The notes beneath the pieces were generated by a model. The model did not search any database. It was not told the origin of the DNA and saw only the letters and a list, made by a program, of their open reading frames with translations. The position numbers and the translations under genes are program-made. From positions 186,001 through 250,000 of the IMG/VR virus record IMGVR_UViG_3300023184_000025: a stretch of 64,000 nt of DNA. One strand, written 5' to 3'. Below are positions 47,801 to 56,920 of the stretch, one piece after another. Position 1 is the stretch's first letter. Every line of letters starts with the position of its first letter.

Positions 47801-50800
47801 TCTTGGGAACAAAAGGTACTCCACGTGCCGCAGAAATTTTTAGCTTTGCCAATCTAGGCAAAGAAATTGCACAGTATGACATTTATGAATACTGGGCCGT
47901 GCAACGCAGTACCTACGGTGCCAATGCCAATCGTAGCTATTTTGAGTTATTATTGAATCAGGCATTGTTGCCCAGCGATCCTTCGTTGATTGAAATTATT
48001 TTACCAACACAAGAATCGCCTGCGGATCAAACAGTACTTTTGCAAAATATCTGGAAAGAAAGTTACAAACTAACATCCACAGACATTTTGCCAACAACTA
48101 CAGACAATTTTAGTGTTACTCGTTTGCCAATTGCTGGCTACGTAAATTTTGATGATGCAGATATTACCTGCTTCAGCTTAGAAAATCCTCAGACCATTGC
48201 TGACAGCTTGCCATCTATTGGAGTTGGTACAACAATTTGGGTTGCTAAAACCAATTCCTATGATTGGAACATATATCGTGTTGGTAAAGTTCCAGGAACA
48301 ATTACCACAGTCACAGATAACTTAAACGATCGTGCCGCAGTTACATTTACTAAAGAACACAATTTGTCTGTGGGTGATTTTATAATTATCAAAGGGTTTG
48401 ATGTAGCAATTGACGGAGTTTACAACATATTAGCTGTTCCTACCCTGACCACAGTATTAATTTATTATACTTTTACTGGAGGGTTGACTACACTAACTGG
48501 TACAGGAATTCCATTTACACTAGTAAGTTCACGATTTAAACAAGCATCAGACTTGGCCAATAATCCAATATCGTCTCAATTGGTACCTGGTGCTATGGCC
48601 TGGATTGATGACAACGGAATTGAAAACAAGTGGTCAGTGATTGAAAAAACAAGCCCGTTTGAACTCAAAACAATTTTAACGCCAGCAATTAGCGTTGAAA
48701 ATTCACGATTTGGTGCCAGTGTAAGCCAAGGTTTTGAAAATATTGGTGCGCTGGTTGGTGCTCCAGGATACAATCCCAACAACGATGTTAATGTTCCCGG
48801 CGGAGTTTATAGTTATGTTAAAGCTGAAAATGATCAATACGTTCAAAACATACTGCTTCAACTAGGGGCTACCAATACTGTTGGCTACGGAAATGCCATT
48901 GATATTGGTGGACAAAATTGGGCCGCTGCCGGTGCCAGCGAAAGCAATAACAAGCAAGGCTATGTTGGTGTAATTTATCAATATCCTTCTAGCAATGTAT
49001 TTGAACAACGTCAACTGTTAGTTTCTCCTGATCAGGATTTTGGTCAAGGAGAGTTTGGTTACAGCGTTGCAGTCAGTGCCAATGATCAATGGATGTACAT
49101 TGGCGCACCAGGCAACAATAAAGTATATGCGTTTACTCAAGTTGATATACCAGAACAAAGAGTCAGATACATCACCGACGGTGTGAGCTATGTTTACAAC
49201 TATAATAATAGTATTATTATCAACAGCGACGAACAAATAACAGTAACGCTGGGTGATGAGATTTTAGTATACGGTGCTGATTATACAGTCACACTAGAAA
49301 ATGTAGTTCTTGGTACTGTTCCAACCGCTGGTCTTCCGCTGGTTATTACACGTAACAGTTCAGTTAATCTTGATCAACAGGTTTATTATAATGTTACACA
49401 AGACGTAACATCAGGGTCGGGGTCAGGAGCTGAATTTACCATCTGGAGAAATCGTGGTGTATACTATGTGACATTAACTTCACCGGGCACAGCCTATGCA
49501 GTTGGTAACACAATTGTCATTGATGCCACAACCATTGGTGGTGGTACAAGTCCTGCCAATGACTTAACAATTACAGTGACTGCTGTAGTGTCGGGTGGCA
49601 TAGTTTCATTCACACAGTCCGGCAGTGGAGTTTCAAATACTTCAGTATTTCCACTTGATCCTTACTTGTACACCGCCACAGATATCTTTTCATTCAGTGT
49701 CACAGTTAACGGACAACTGTACAGACCGTTTATTGACTATGATTTCAACAGTGACAGCGCACTAAGCTCACTGGATTTGGTGTTTAACACCATTCCACCT
49801 GCAGACTCATCAATCACAGCAACAAGTAAAAGTTACTATACATTTGTAACTGCTCTTACTGTTCCAGGATTGGTCAACACAGCAAGGTTTGGTCAGAGTG
49901 TGGTTACACCAAAGACCGGTGGTACTGTGATCATTGGAGCACCAAATGCAACCGAGGCCGGACAAGCCTATGTGTTTGATCGAGTAGTAGAAAGATTTAT
50001 TGTTACAGATTCAACAGTTACTTCTTATACAACTACAGACACTCTTGTTGGTCCAACCACAGTTACTTTAAATGGTGCGTTTTTATTAAACACCGACGGA
50101 AACATTGACGGAACATTCTCAGTAGCTGGAAATACTGTAACAATTACAACCGCTTTAAATGTTGGTGACATCATAGAAATTAATGTAAATCAATTTAATC
50201 TAATCCAAACTGTAGAAGATGAAGATCAAACAGCATTTGCTAATTTTGGATATACAATCGAACAATGTTTAAGTGGTTGTAATTTGTTTGTGGGATCACC
50301 ACTTGATGGTGACCGTAGTCCACAGGGTGGCGCAGTTGATTATTACATTAATCAGAGCGGAATGTACGGAACTACCACTACTACTGTGGCCAATCCAACA
50401 TTGGCCCCCGGAGATTCTATACGTATTAACAATACTGTGGTTGAGTGCTCAGGAACAACTGTTGCAGAGTTGGCTGCTGATATCACTGCCGCTAATATTC
50501 CAAACGTAACAGTTTCAATTATTCCCAATGTTGAATTATTTGGGGATGGAACAACAAAAATATTTGATGTTGGGAACATATATTCAAACGCATATTCGTA
50601 CACTCCGGTAGTGTATGTAAGAAATGTATTTCAAACGTTGAATGTTAACTACACTTATAGCAGTGATAGCAAACAAATTACATTTATGCTTGCCCCTGGG
50701 GTATACGATCCCATCAGAGTTGTAGCAGGAAGATTAACCATTGGAGTTAAAAACTTTGAAGCATCAACGCCTTCTTACAGACTAACAGTATTACCATGTG

Positions 50801-53800
50801 TTGGTCCTTTATTTGATGCTCTTGGAATTAATACGTATGTCTGGTTGCAAGATATCTACCCGCCAGTGATACAAGATTATGCTAATTTTGGCAAGGCAAT
50901 TTCTATCAACACAGAAAGTACAATGTTAATCATTGGCGCACCAAATGGATCAATTGTTGCACCAACAACATTTGATAATGGCACCACGTACTTTGATGAT
51001 TACAGCAGTAATTTCTTTGATCCTGTTAAACAAAGTGGAGTGGTCTACGAGTATGATTTCTTACCGTCGGCCAACCCAAGTGCCACAAATCCTGGAAGAT
51101 GGGTATTTGGTCAGCAGTTATTTGAAGATACAATTGAATCACTGGATGCGCTAGGAGCGGCAGTTGATTACACATCAGGACATATCTTTGTTGGTGCACC
51201 CGGTGCAGACCTAGGCGATAGCCAGGTTAACTATGGCAAAGTATTGCAGATTGAAAACCCAACAAGATCACAGTCCTGGACAGTTAAACATATTCAACAA
51301 CCAATGGTTGATATAGCATCAATGAACACAGTATTCATGTATGATCGTGTGACTGGTGCTGCCAAAAACTATTTTGACTTCTTTAATCCATTGCAAGGTC
51401 GAATGCTAGGCGTGATTGAACAAAACGTTGATTACACAGGTGCAGTTGATCCTGCCGCATATAATGTTGGCACAGTGAATAACTATGGAAGTAGCTGGGC
51501 TCAGGAACGTGTTGGAAAAATCTGGTGGGACACAACCAATGTTCGATTCATTGACCCCAACCAAAACGATATTGTATATGCAAGTCGGCGCTGGGGACAG
51601 ATTTTCCCAGGTAGCTCTGTTGATGTTTACCAGTGGACTGCCACAGATGTAGCACCAGTTAACTATACAGGACCAGGAACGGTGTATGCCACTGACCAAT
51701 ATGTAGTTACTTCTTCGTTGAATGAACAAGGTGTGTTTGTCACCACTTACTACTTTTGGGTAAAAGGAATTACCACAGTTAGTAAGACTGCAAGAAAAAC
51801 ATTAAGTCCTGAAGCAATCACACGATACATTGAAAATCCACGTGCTAGTGGAATTCCATACATTGCTCCAATTAATGCAAGCACTATTGCAATTTACAAC
51901 GGCCTAGGTTTTATTTCAGCCCAGGATACTGTGCTACACACTGAATTTGACAGAGAACAAACCGAAAACGAAGTTCACGTTGAGTACCAGTTGATTCCTC
52001 AGGACCGCCCTGACGGATTCTTGATTGATTCATTGTATCGTAAACTACAAGACAGTTTCTGTGGAGAAGACACAGCAGGTAGTCCTGTACCTGATCCGTT
52101 TTTAAGTCCGAGCGAAAAATACGGTGTACAGTTCCGTCCACGCCAAAGTATGTTTGTCAACAGATTTTTGGCTTTACAAAACTATCTGCAACGTAGTAAC
52201 ACAATTTTAGTTCAGTATCCAATTGCAGAAAACAGAAATTTATCTTTGTTAAACAGCGAAGAACCACAGCCGTCGGTGGCTTCTGGCGCCTGGGATAAAC
52301 GTGTTGCCAATATTGAAGAACTAAGCTATCAGAATCTAGCCGAGGTGCCATTTGGATACACGTATCTAGTAGAAAGCGACAGTACCAACAATGGTTTATG
52401 GACAATCTACGAAACAACTCCGGGATTTATTCCTGGAGAGAAAGTGTTATCGTTGATCCGTGTACAAAGTTATAATACTAAAAAGTATTGGAACTATATC
52501 AACTGGTATCGCCCAGGTTATAACCCACTAACTAGAATTTTAATGGAAATTCCAACATATTCTGCGTTAACAACAATCTCAGTTCCCAACGGAAGTAGTA
52601 TTAAAATTACTGCAAATGCCCAAGGCAAATGGGAAATTTATTTGCTTGAAAGTGGAGTGTGGAATAGGGTTGGATTACAAGACGGAACAATTGAATTTTC
52701 TGCCACACTATGGAATTACTCAATTGGACGGTTTGGATTTGATGTTGAGGTTTTTGATGCTCAATATTACGACCAGGAACCAGTAACTGAAACACGCAAA
52801 ATTATACAGAGTATAAATCAAGAATTATTTGTTGGTGATTTATTAATTGAACGTAATCGACTATTGATATTGATGTTCAATTATATATTGTCCGAACAAG
52901 AAGCACCAGTATGGATAACCAAGACCAGCTTAATTGATGTTGATCATACCGTGCGCAATCTTGAGCCATACCAAATTTATCGTGCAGACAATCAAGACTT
53001 TGTGCTGAACTATATTCAAGAAGTAAAACCTTACCATACACAGATCAGAGAGTTTAATCTGCGTTATCAAGGAAACGATATTTTCCAGGGAAGTTTAACT
53101 GACTTTGATGTCCCGGCATACTATAACACAACTCAGAATAAATTTATCAGCCCAATACTTGAGTACAACGGACTAATTTATTCTGACTCAGACTCACTGG
53201 CTCCTGTTACTGACCCAGTGTGGTCAACTTGGCCGTTTACTCAGTGGGTTAATAATTATCTATTAAGCATAGAAAATGTTACCATTGTCAATGGCGGCTC
53301 CGGTTATACTATTGCACCCGATGTGATTGTTACCGGTGATTGTCAGACGCCAGCAGTGATGACAGCATTAATTAATAGTGCTGGTAAAGTAGTTGCAATT
53401 GAAATTATCAACCCAGGTGTTGGTTATCAGACCACTGCAATCGTTACCTTATCTGGTGGCAACGGATCTGGCGCCACAGTAGTTGCTGTAATGGGCAATG
53501 CAATGGTGCGTGAGTTAACCACCACAATTAAATACGATCGTTGTCAATACAGCAGTATAGTTGTTGATTGGGAACCCAACGTTAATTACAGCAACGGCAC
53601 ATTAGTGCGTTATGATAATCGTGTTTGGATAGCTGATTCAAGCGACAGCACTGGGGTGCAAAGCAGTACATTTGACCCATCACAGTGGGAAATAAGACCA
53701 GCCGGTGAGTTGCAAGGCGCTGACCGTACCATGGGATATTATGTTCCAACTGCCAACGAACCAGGACTTGATCTTGGACTATTAATCTCTGGGGTAACGT

Positions 53801-56097
53801 ATCCTGGAGTACAGGTTGCCGCGCCCAGCTTTGCATCAAACACCGGCTACGATGTTGGTAATTATGATATCAATCCGTTTGATAACATCTCAGTTGGACC
53901 CGACGGCCAACCAAGCTACGATCCTGCTATACTTGATGCAATCTATGAAAGCGAATTTATAGACAGTTATCTGGGTATTCGCCCAACTGATGTCAATGTA
54001 GTTGGCGGAGAATTCATTGACACTTATTCGAGTTATGCCCCAGAAGAATTAGTACCAGGTGCAATTTTTGATACTCTGGATATTCGTGTGGTAACTACGC
54101 CCGGATCTGACTGGGACCATAATGGTCATGGATTCCCAATAGTTGTTGTGGCGTACACATATGACGGAATCGACAATGACTTCAGCTTTGCTGGTCTAGT
54201 TGATTATCCTGATCAAGTACGTGTGTGGAATGCAACAACTGGGCAACAATTAGTTCTTGGAGACCATTACATTGTTAATTGGGTAGCAAGAACAATAACA
54301 GTTACATCGAATATTTCCACAGGCGATAATGTTTCTATCAGCGTGTACGGCATTGGTGGCGGCAATCAATTGTACAAATATGCATTTAATGGTGCAGTGG
54401 TCAATGACGGAATTATAATTCCAATTGGTTATGATTTAATAGCTACATTTGCAATTTTTGTCAATGGAGAATTAGACACAGACTTTACATTTACACCCAC
54501 AGACGATGTTCGCGGCCTGCCATCAACATTGTTGACATTGAACAATACCTATCAAGTGTCTGATCTTGTGGTAGTAACTGCAATGGGGTACACAGCCGGT
54601 ACTACAAATTATACGTATCAATGGAGCACTCCACTGACACAATACATTGTGGCCGATGGAACAACGTTATCGTTCACACTATCTGAGAGTTTGTCAGGAA
54701 CTAATCCAGCAAACATCATTGTTGAGAAAAATGGTAATCGAGTTCGACCAGCTGAAAGTGCTGAATATATTTCTGATGGATCAAGTCTAGAGTACTACTT
54801 GCCAAATAGAGGAGCATATAGTCAATCACTAGTGGCTGACAATGATGTTGCAGTTTACATTGATACTGTGCCATTAATTCTTGGTGTTGGTTATGTAGTT
54901 AATCCGTATGTTGCTGGTAACGATAGAACCATCACTCTGAGTGCATTGCCTAGTATTGGATCAACGGTGTTGATCTCGGTGAGAACTGCATCTCCATACT
55001 ATCTCAGCGGCAACCAATTGATCTTTAGACCCGCTGGCGGAGTTATTCCAGTAGCAGGAGATATAATCAGTGTTACAACATTTAACGATACAGCACAACA
55101 AGAATTGTTAACTCAGGTGTTTGTTGGTCCTGAAACACAAGGCACGGTAATAACAGAAAGCTATGACGAAACAGTCTATGATTTAGGAACAATTAATAAT
55201 GACCCAGGATCTTATGATTATAGCGAAGGTATTTTGATTCAAACTAATAAATTTGATACTGGTAGACCTATTGCCAACGGCGCCCGCGTGATTGTAACAC
55301 TCAACGGAAGATACTTGTTTGAAAACAATGATTATTATGTTGACGGACAATATATTATCATTGCAGGACCACCAATTGGAGCTGCCGCAGTTGTGACCAT
55401 TGCTAGTTATACAGACAGCGTTATTCCAGGTGGCATTGAATTCCGTATATTCCAAGACATGCGAGGCCTACAAACTACCTATAGAGTCACCACCGACACA
55501 TCGACTGTGCTGGTACAGCCAGTACAAGAAAACGACGACATAATTTATGTCGACGATGCCACACATCTAGGTGATCCAGATTTACCAAATGGTATTTTTG
55601 GTATTGTGGTAATTGACGGTGAACGAATTACCTATCGATATAAAGACACAGGGTTGAATACTATCAGCGGTCTGCGTCGAGGCACGGCCGGTACCGCTGT
55701 TGCCAATCACCAGGTTGGTGATTCTGTAATTAATTCAGGATTCTCAAATGCCCTACCATCTGAATATCAAGATAAAATAGTTTATCAGAATTATCTGTCA
55801 GGCGGCGATCAAACTGTTTTTGTTGCTGAAAATATCAGTTTAACTGGCGATATAAACACTCTTGAAAATACTGTACAAGTGTATATTGCCGGAACACTAC
55901 AACATGGTGGGTACACAGTAAATTCTATTGCTCCAGTAACAGTCGAGTTTGATACTGCACCAGTACAAAATTATCAAGTTTCTATACAGGTACGTCAAGG
56001 AAAGAGTTGGTACGAACCTGGGGAAAGTACTGCAAGCAACGGGCAAGCACTACAAGTCACCGATACCCAGGCAGCAAGGTTTATCATGGGCGAATAA
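41815..56097 (+). CDS. Giant (4760 aa) baseplate/virion protein, gp7-like position, with FG-GAP repeats
   Basis: Coupled to gp6; FGYSVAVS...IGAPG-type FG-GAP repeats; YIQEVKPYHT; IVNGGSGY repeats; repeated GDGTT...F modules. Confidence 0.8.
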   Translation: MAIRRRTIDLLPEIFRTDTNRKFLSATLDQLTQEPITKKTQGYVGRRVGPGVNPADYYVTEPTAIRTNYQLEPGIIFLKPDTSTAIDAITYPGMVDALELQNANVTKQDRLFESQYYSWDPFCDFDKFSNYSQYYWLPQGVDSVDISTTEVPLTDTWEVTRGTDDYTFSDVRGKDPIITVARGGSYQFTVNQPGSNFWIQAEPGINGRLSATPNISSRGVLGVVNNGEDQGTVTFNVPLKTAQDFYYNLNDIGSVDLVTTLNFNQINNISVAQFLQQFPNGIDGTTNLNNKTVIFLNRNSDAESGGWQLTTPFDPLVRTVPNQVGTSISYDINGEPYDYVPYETLTDIIVSGEPDPLDGQPGSYDSILFDQTTDITSQAQRYSVWQIQYISETGLDPYIRLSSILPVNNLSKFKILFGETYSSTSWYKNASGYFEQIPLLTAVLNTLWYQDSTNPEIFGQIRLIDAEQVEPIDINDIIGAKNYISQNGVEFTNGLKVQFRGPTIPAGYQDLEYYVEGVGTGPGISARVGFIDGEAYFGAWHLKGNQKITGTIRQTDVYQQYIYDTVEESLLNIGTGETTGTPLATSGVAGAPRGNGIILIPVSELVTPETYTKSETIPYDFTSYDSTPWDASLNAPTVPDYITINRASQDRNAWSRSNRWFHKDVINATAEYNNQVAVIDNNYRAKRPIIEFRANIDLYNNGTQAKPPVNIVDFAITDAFSNINGQRGYSTDGYTFIDGSLVIFANDSDATVRNRIYKVKFIDTTGTGAKIIDLIPVINSQALVNQTVVCLSGNTQQGKSYWFDGVSWYEAQEKIGVNQPPLFDVFDPDGVSFGNRAVYPSSTFTGSRLFGYGVGTTSSVDVVLGFSLKYLNINNLGDIVFENYLYNDTFIYVKDNISSELKVSTGFVREYIDRVSFTEVIGWQKAAAENRSRQIFRFTYNGENLKLDVPVTTTSVFPAVQMFIEGVFVDPTKYSVTINGQNTIIELATTPALGTIIELQVLSNYASKVGFYEVPLNLENNPLNENSGSYTLGTIRTHYESIGQNLKNIVGPINGANNTRDLGDLIPYGDNIVQHSAPLALTGVFLREQQYELFNSLRFNSQEYTKYKSLLLDLAAKGNYINLTPTQVLDSVLQEISIGRSNLSPFYWSDMIPSGETYAEITYTYSFTSDSTFDLSTIYNFTSSNYHSVLVYLNGNILTREYDYTVSADSPTMTITATLAVGDVIKIREYNTTYGSYVPNTPTKIGLYPAFKPSMFVSDTYVNSTEVIQGHDGSITVAFGDFRDQVLLEFETRIFNNLKIISEIPITLDDVMPGQFRTTEYSLTEINNILSEDFLSWVGWNKLDYNTQFYVPLNPFTYNYSQSANKLDNQPLLGNWRGNYLYFYDTITPNTTPWEMLGFSQQPYWWEAEYGPAPYTSGNLVLWDDLEKGLIKDPVGYYVDPRYVRPGLTQVIPSGSEGELTSPFNSIVGNFDQTSFRRSWVFGDDGPVESAWRTSSAWAFAVMRLLALTKPAKFFALFADRDRYVYDSAHEQYLWDNRYRLDAKNLEPLYGNGVSKASYIDWIIDYNRQRGINSTTGLTDSLYNIDVRLCWRMAAFSDKNYLKIYTERSTPNSLNASLMLPDESYQLLLYKNQPFSKIVYSSIVVQSSEDGWAVYGYSNNAPYFNILVSKPSGKTLTISANGVNISVPVEYSDTVAEVPYGYAFTNKAAVCDFILSYGKLLETQGLIFENRENGSALNWQQMAQEFVYWSNQGWAPGAIINLNPAATSISVTRPGAVVESLVPVTIDNIILNQNRTPVPGTDLQIDRFGNTFKVSSLTSNTINFLNLKFTAYEHLAILDNTSIFADLIYQPVTGARQSRVRVFGTLSGDWNGTVDAPGFVLNQDNIVAWIPNKKYAKGEIVLFKNEYWSASTIIQPSQEFNYSVWIKSDYGQIQKGLLPNAANDSNQLAQAYSIYSANLERDVDLFSYGLIGFRPREYMQALNLTDVSQVNLYQSFLGTKGTPRAAEIFSFANLGKEIAQYDIYEYWAVQRSTYGANANRSYFELLLNQALLPSDPSLIEIILPTQESPADQTVLLQNIWKESYKLTSTDILPTTTDNFSVTRLPIAGYVNFDDADITCFSLENPQTIADSLPSIGVGTTIWVAKTNSYDWNIYRVGKVPGTITTVTDNLNDRAAVTFTKEHNLSVGDFIIIKGFDVAIDGVYNILAVPTLTTVLIYYTFTGGLTTLTGTGIPFTLVSSRFKQASDLANNPISSQLVPGAMAWIDDNGIENKWSVIEKTSPFELKTILTPAISVENSRFGASVSQGFENIGALVGAPGYNPNNDVNVPGGVYSYVKAENDQYVQNILLQLGATNTVGYGNAIDIGGQNWAAAGASESNNKQGYVGVIYQYPSSNVFEQRQLLVSPDQDFGQGEFGYSVAVSANDQWMYIGAPGNNKVYAFTQVDIPEQRVRYITDGVSYVYNYNNSIIINSDEQITVTLGDEILVYGADYTVTLENVVLGTVPTAGLPLVITRNSSVNLDQQVYYNVTQDVTSGSGSGAEFTIWRNRGVYYVTLTSPGTAYAVGNTIVIDATTIGGGTSPANDLTITVTAVVSGGIVSFTQSGSGVSNTSVFPLDPYLYTATDIFSFSVTVNGQLYRPFIDYDFNSDSALSSLDLVFNTIPPADSSITATSKSYYTFVTALTVPGLVNTARFGQSVVTPKTGGTVIIGAPNATEAGQAYVFDRVVERFIVTDSTVTSYTTTDTLVGPTTVTLNGAFLLNTDGNIDGTFSVAGNTVTITTALNVGDIIEINVNQFNLIQTVEDEDQTAFANFGYTIEQCLSGCNLFVGSPLDGDRSPQGGAVDYYINQSGMYGTTTTTVANPTLAPGDSIRINNTVVECSGTTVAELAADITAANIPNVTVSIIPNVELFGDGTTKIFDVGNIYSNAYSYTPVVYVRNVFQTLNVNYTYSSDSKQITFMLAPGVYDPIRVVAGRLTIGVKNFEASTPSYRLTVLPCVGPLFDALGINTYVWLQDIYPPVIQDYANFGKAISINTESTMLIIGAPNGSIVAPTTFDNGTTYFDDYSSNFFDPVKQSGVVYEYDFLPSANPSATNPGRWVFGQQLFEDTIESLDALGAAVDYTSGHIFVGAPGADLGDSQVNYGKVLQIENPTRSQSWTVKHIQQPMVDIASMNTVFMYDRVTGAAKNYFDFFNPLQGRMLGVIEQNVDYTGAVDPAAYNVGTVNNYGSSWAQERVGKIWWDTTNVRFIDPNQNDIVYASRRWGQIFPGSSVDVYQWTATDVAPVNYTGPGTVYATDQYVVTSSLNEQGVFVTTYYFWVKGITTVSKTARKTLSPEAITRYIENPRASGIPYIAPINASTIAIYNGLGFISAQDTVLHTEFDREQTENEVHVEYQLIPQDRPDGFLIDSLYRKLQDSFCGEDTAGSPVPDPFLSPSEKYGVQFRPRQSMFVNRFLALQNYLQRSNTILVQYPIAENRNLSLLNSEEPQPSVASGAWDKRVANIEELSYQNLAEVPFGYTYLVESDSTNNGLWTIYETTPGFIPGEKVLSLIRVQSYNTKKYWNYINWYRPGYNPLTRILMEIPTYSALTTISVPNGSSIKITANAQGKWEIYLLESGVWNRVGLQDGTIEFSATLWNYSIGRFGFDVEVFDAQYYDQEPVTETRKIIQSINQELFVGDLLIERNRLLILMFNYILSEQEAPVWITKTSLIDVDHTVRNLEPYQIYRADNQDFVLNYIQEVKPYHTQIREFNLRYQGNDIFQGSLTDFDVPAYYNTTQNKFISPILEYNGLIYSDSDSLAPVTDPVWSTWPFTQWVNNYLLSIENVTIVNGGSGYTIAPDVIVTGDCQTPAVMTALINSAGKVVAIEIINPGVGYQTTAIVTLSGGNGSGATVVAVMGNAMVRELTTTIKYDRCQYSSIVVDWEPNVNYSNGTLVRYDNRVWIADSSDSTGVQSSTFDPSQWEIRPAGELQGADRTMGYYVPTANEPGLDLGLLISGVTYPGVQVAAPSFASNTGYDVGNYDINPFDNISVGPDGQPSYDPAILDAIYESEFIDSYLGIRPTDVNVVGGEFIDTYSSYAPEELVPGAIFDTLDIRVVTTPGSDWDHNGHGFPIVVVAYTYDGIDNDFSFAGLVDYPDQVRVWNATTGQQLVLGDHYIVNWVARTITVTSNISTGDNVSISVYGIGGGNQLYKYAFNGAVVNDGIIIPIGYDLIATFAIFVNGELDTDFTFTPTDDVRGLPSTLLTLNNTYQVSDLVVVTAMGYTAGTTNYTYQWSTPLTQYIVADGTTLSFTLSESLSGTNPANIIVEKNGNRVRPAESAEYISDGSSLEYYLPNRGAYSQSLVADNDVAVYIDTVPLILGVGYVVNPYVAGNDRTITLSALPSIGSTVLISVRTASPYYLSGNQLIFRPAGGVIPVAGDIISVTTFNDTAQQELLTQVFVGPETQGTVITESYDETVYDLGTINNDPGSYDYSEGILIQTNKFDTGRPIANGARVIVTLNGRYLFENNDYYVDGQYIIIAGPPIGAAAVVTIASYTDSVIPGGIEFRIFQDMRGLQTTYRVTTDTSTVLVQPVQENDDIIYVDDATHLGDPDLPNGIFGIVVIDGERITYRYKDTGLNTISGLRRGTAGTAVANHQVGDSVINSGFSNALPSEYQDKIVYQNYLSGGDQTVFVAENISLTGDINTLENTVQVYIAGTLQHGGYTVNSIAPVTVEFDTAPVQNYQVSIQVRQGKSWYEPGESTASNGQALQVTDTQAARFIMGE

Positions 56098-56113
56098 ACG
56101 TGGTAAATAAAGT

Positions 56114-56266
56114 ATGATTCAACAAACGCAACCAACTAAACCCGCTGGCCAGCAGGCGCAAAATCCTGCTCCAAAACCCAACGAAACCGGGGCGTTCAGC
56201 ATAGAAGGTCATATCAAAATATTTGACCCGACCACTAAAGAAACTTTTGTGGAGAAACGAGCATGA
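56114..56266 (+). CDS. Small 50-aa ORF below the track cut-off
   Basis: MIQQTQPTKP...PNETGAFSIEGHIKIFDPTTKETFVEKRA; TAAATA at 56104-56109; ATGA overlap with the next gene. Confidence 0.7.
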   Translation: MIQQTQPTKPAGQQAQNPAPKPNETGAFSIEGHIKIFDPTTKETFVEKRA

Positions 56267-56868
56267 TGTCTTTGGGTCCTGTTTTGGTCGAGGGATTTTT
56301 AAAAATCCACGATCCTAATTCTAAAGAAATATTTGTAGACAAGCATAATGCTATTCATTATGAAAATATGAGTATTGCGCTGGCACAGAGCATTGCCAAT
56401 AAAAATCTTGGTTTCATTTATGCTATGGCATTTGGTAACGGTGGAGCATCAGTAGACCCCACAGGTGTAATTACATATTTGCCGCCAAATACCACTGGTC
56501 AGAATGCTGACTTATATAATCAAACATACCTAAAAGTAGTAGATGATAATTCTCCTGCTAATACTGATCCAACAAGAAACAATTTAACAGTTTTACATAC
56601 ATCTGGCAAAGTTTACACCGACGTTTTAGTAACTTGTTTACTAGACTATGGCGAGCCAGCTGGACAACAGGCCTTTGATAATTCAACTAATTTCAACGGC
56701 GAATTTGTGTTTGACGAGCTAGGATTAAAAGCCTGGGAAGGTGCAAATGATAATTTGATGTTAATTACTCATGTTATTTTTCACCCAGTACAAAAGAGTT
56801 TGAATAGGCAGATTCAAATTGACTATACTGTACGAATCCAGACTCTAACTAACTTGAGTTCAGCATAA
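56263..56868 (+). CDS. Virion/baseplate structural protein
   Basis: 201 aa; MAFGNGG, CLLDYGEP, FDELGL and THVIFHPVQKSLNR motifs. Confidence 0.65.
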   Translation: MMSLGPVLVEGFLKIHDPNSKEIFVDKHNAIHYENMSIALAQSIANKNLGFIYAMAFGNGGASVDPTGVITYLPPNTTGQNADLYNQTYLKVVDDNSPANTDPTRNNLTVLHTSGKVYTDVLVTCLLDYGEPAGQQAFDNSTNFNGEFVFDELGLKAWEGANDNLMLITHVIFHPVQKSLNRQIQIDYTVRIQTLTNLSSA

Positions 56869-56888
56869 ATATGAGTAGAGAATTCTGC

Positions 56889-56896
56889 TATAAATA
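56889..56896 (+). promoter_or_regulatory. Canonical T4-type late promoter TATAAATA
   Basis: Exact T4 late consensus upstream of the GGAG RBS and ATG 56921; a second TAAATA at 56866-56871. Confidence 0.75.
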
Positions 56897-56920
56897 CTAT
56901 CAGGATGGAGTGAATTAAAC

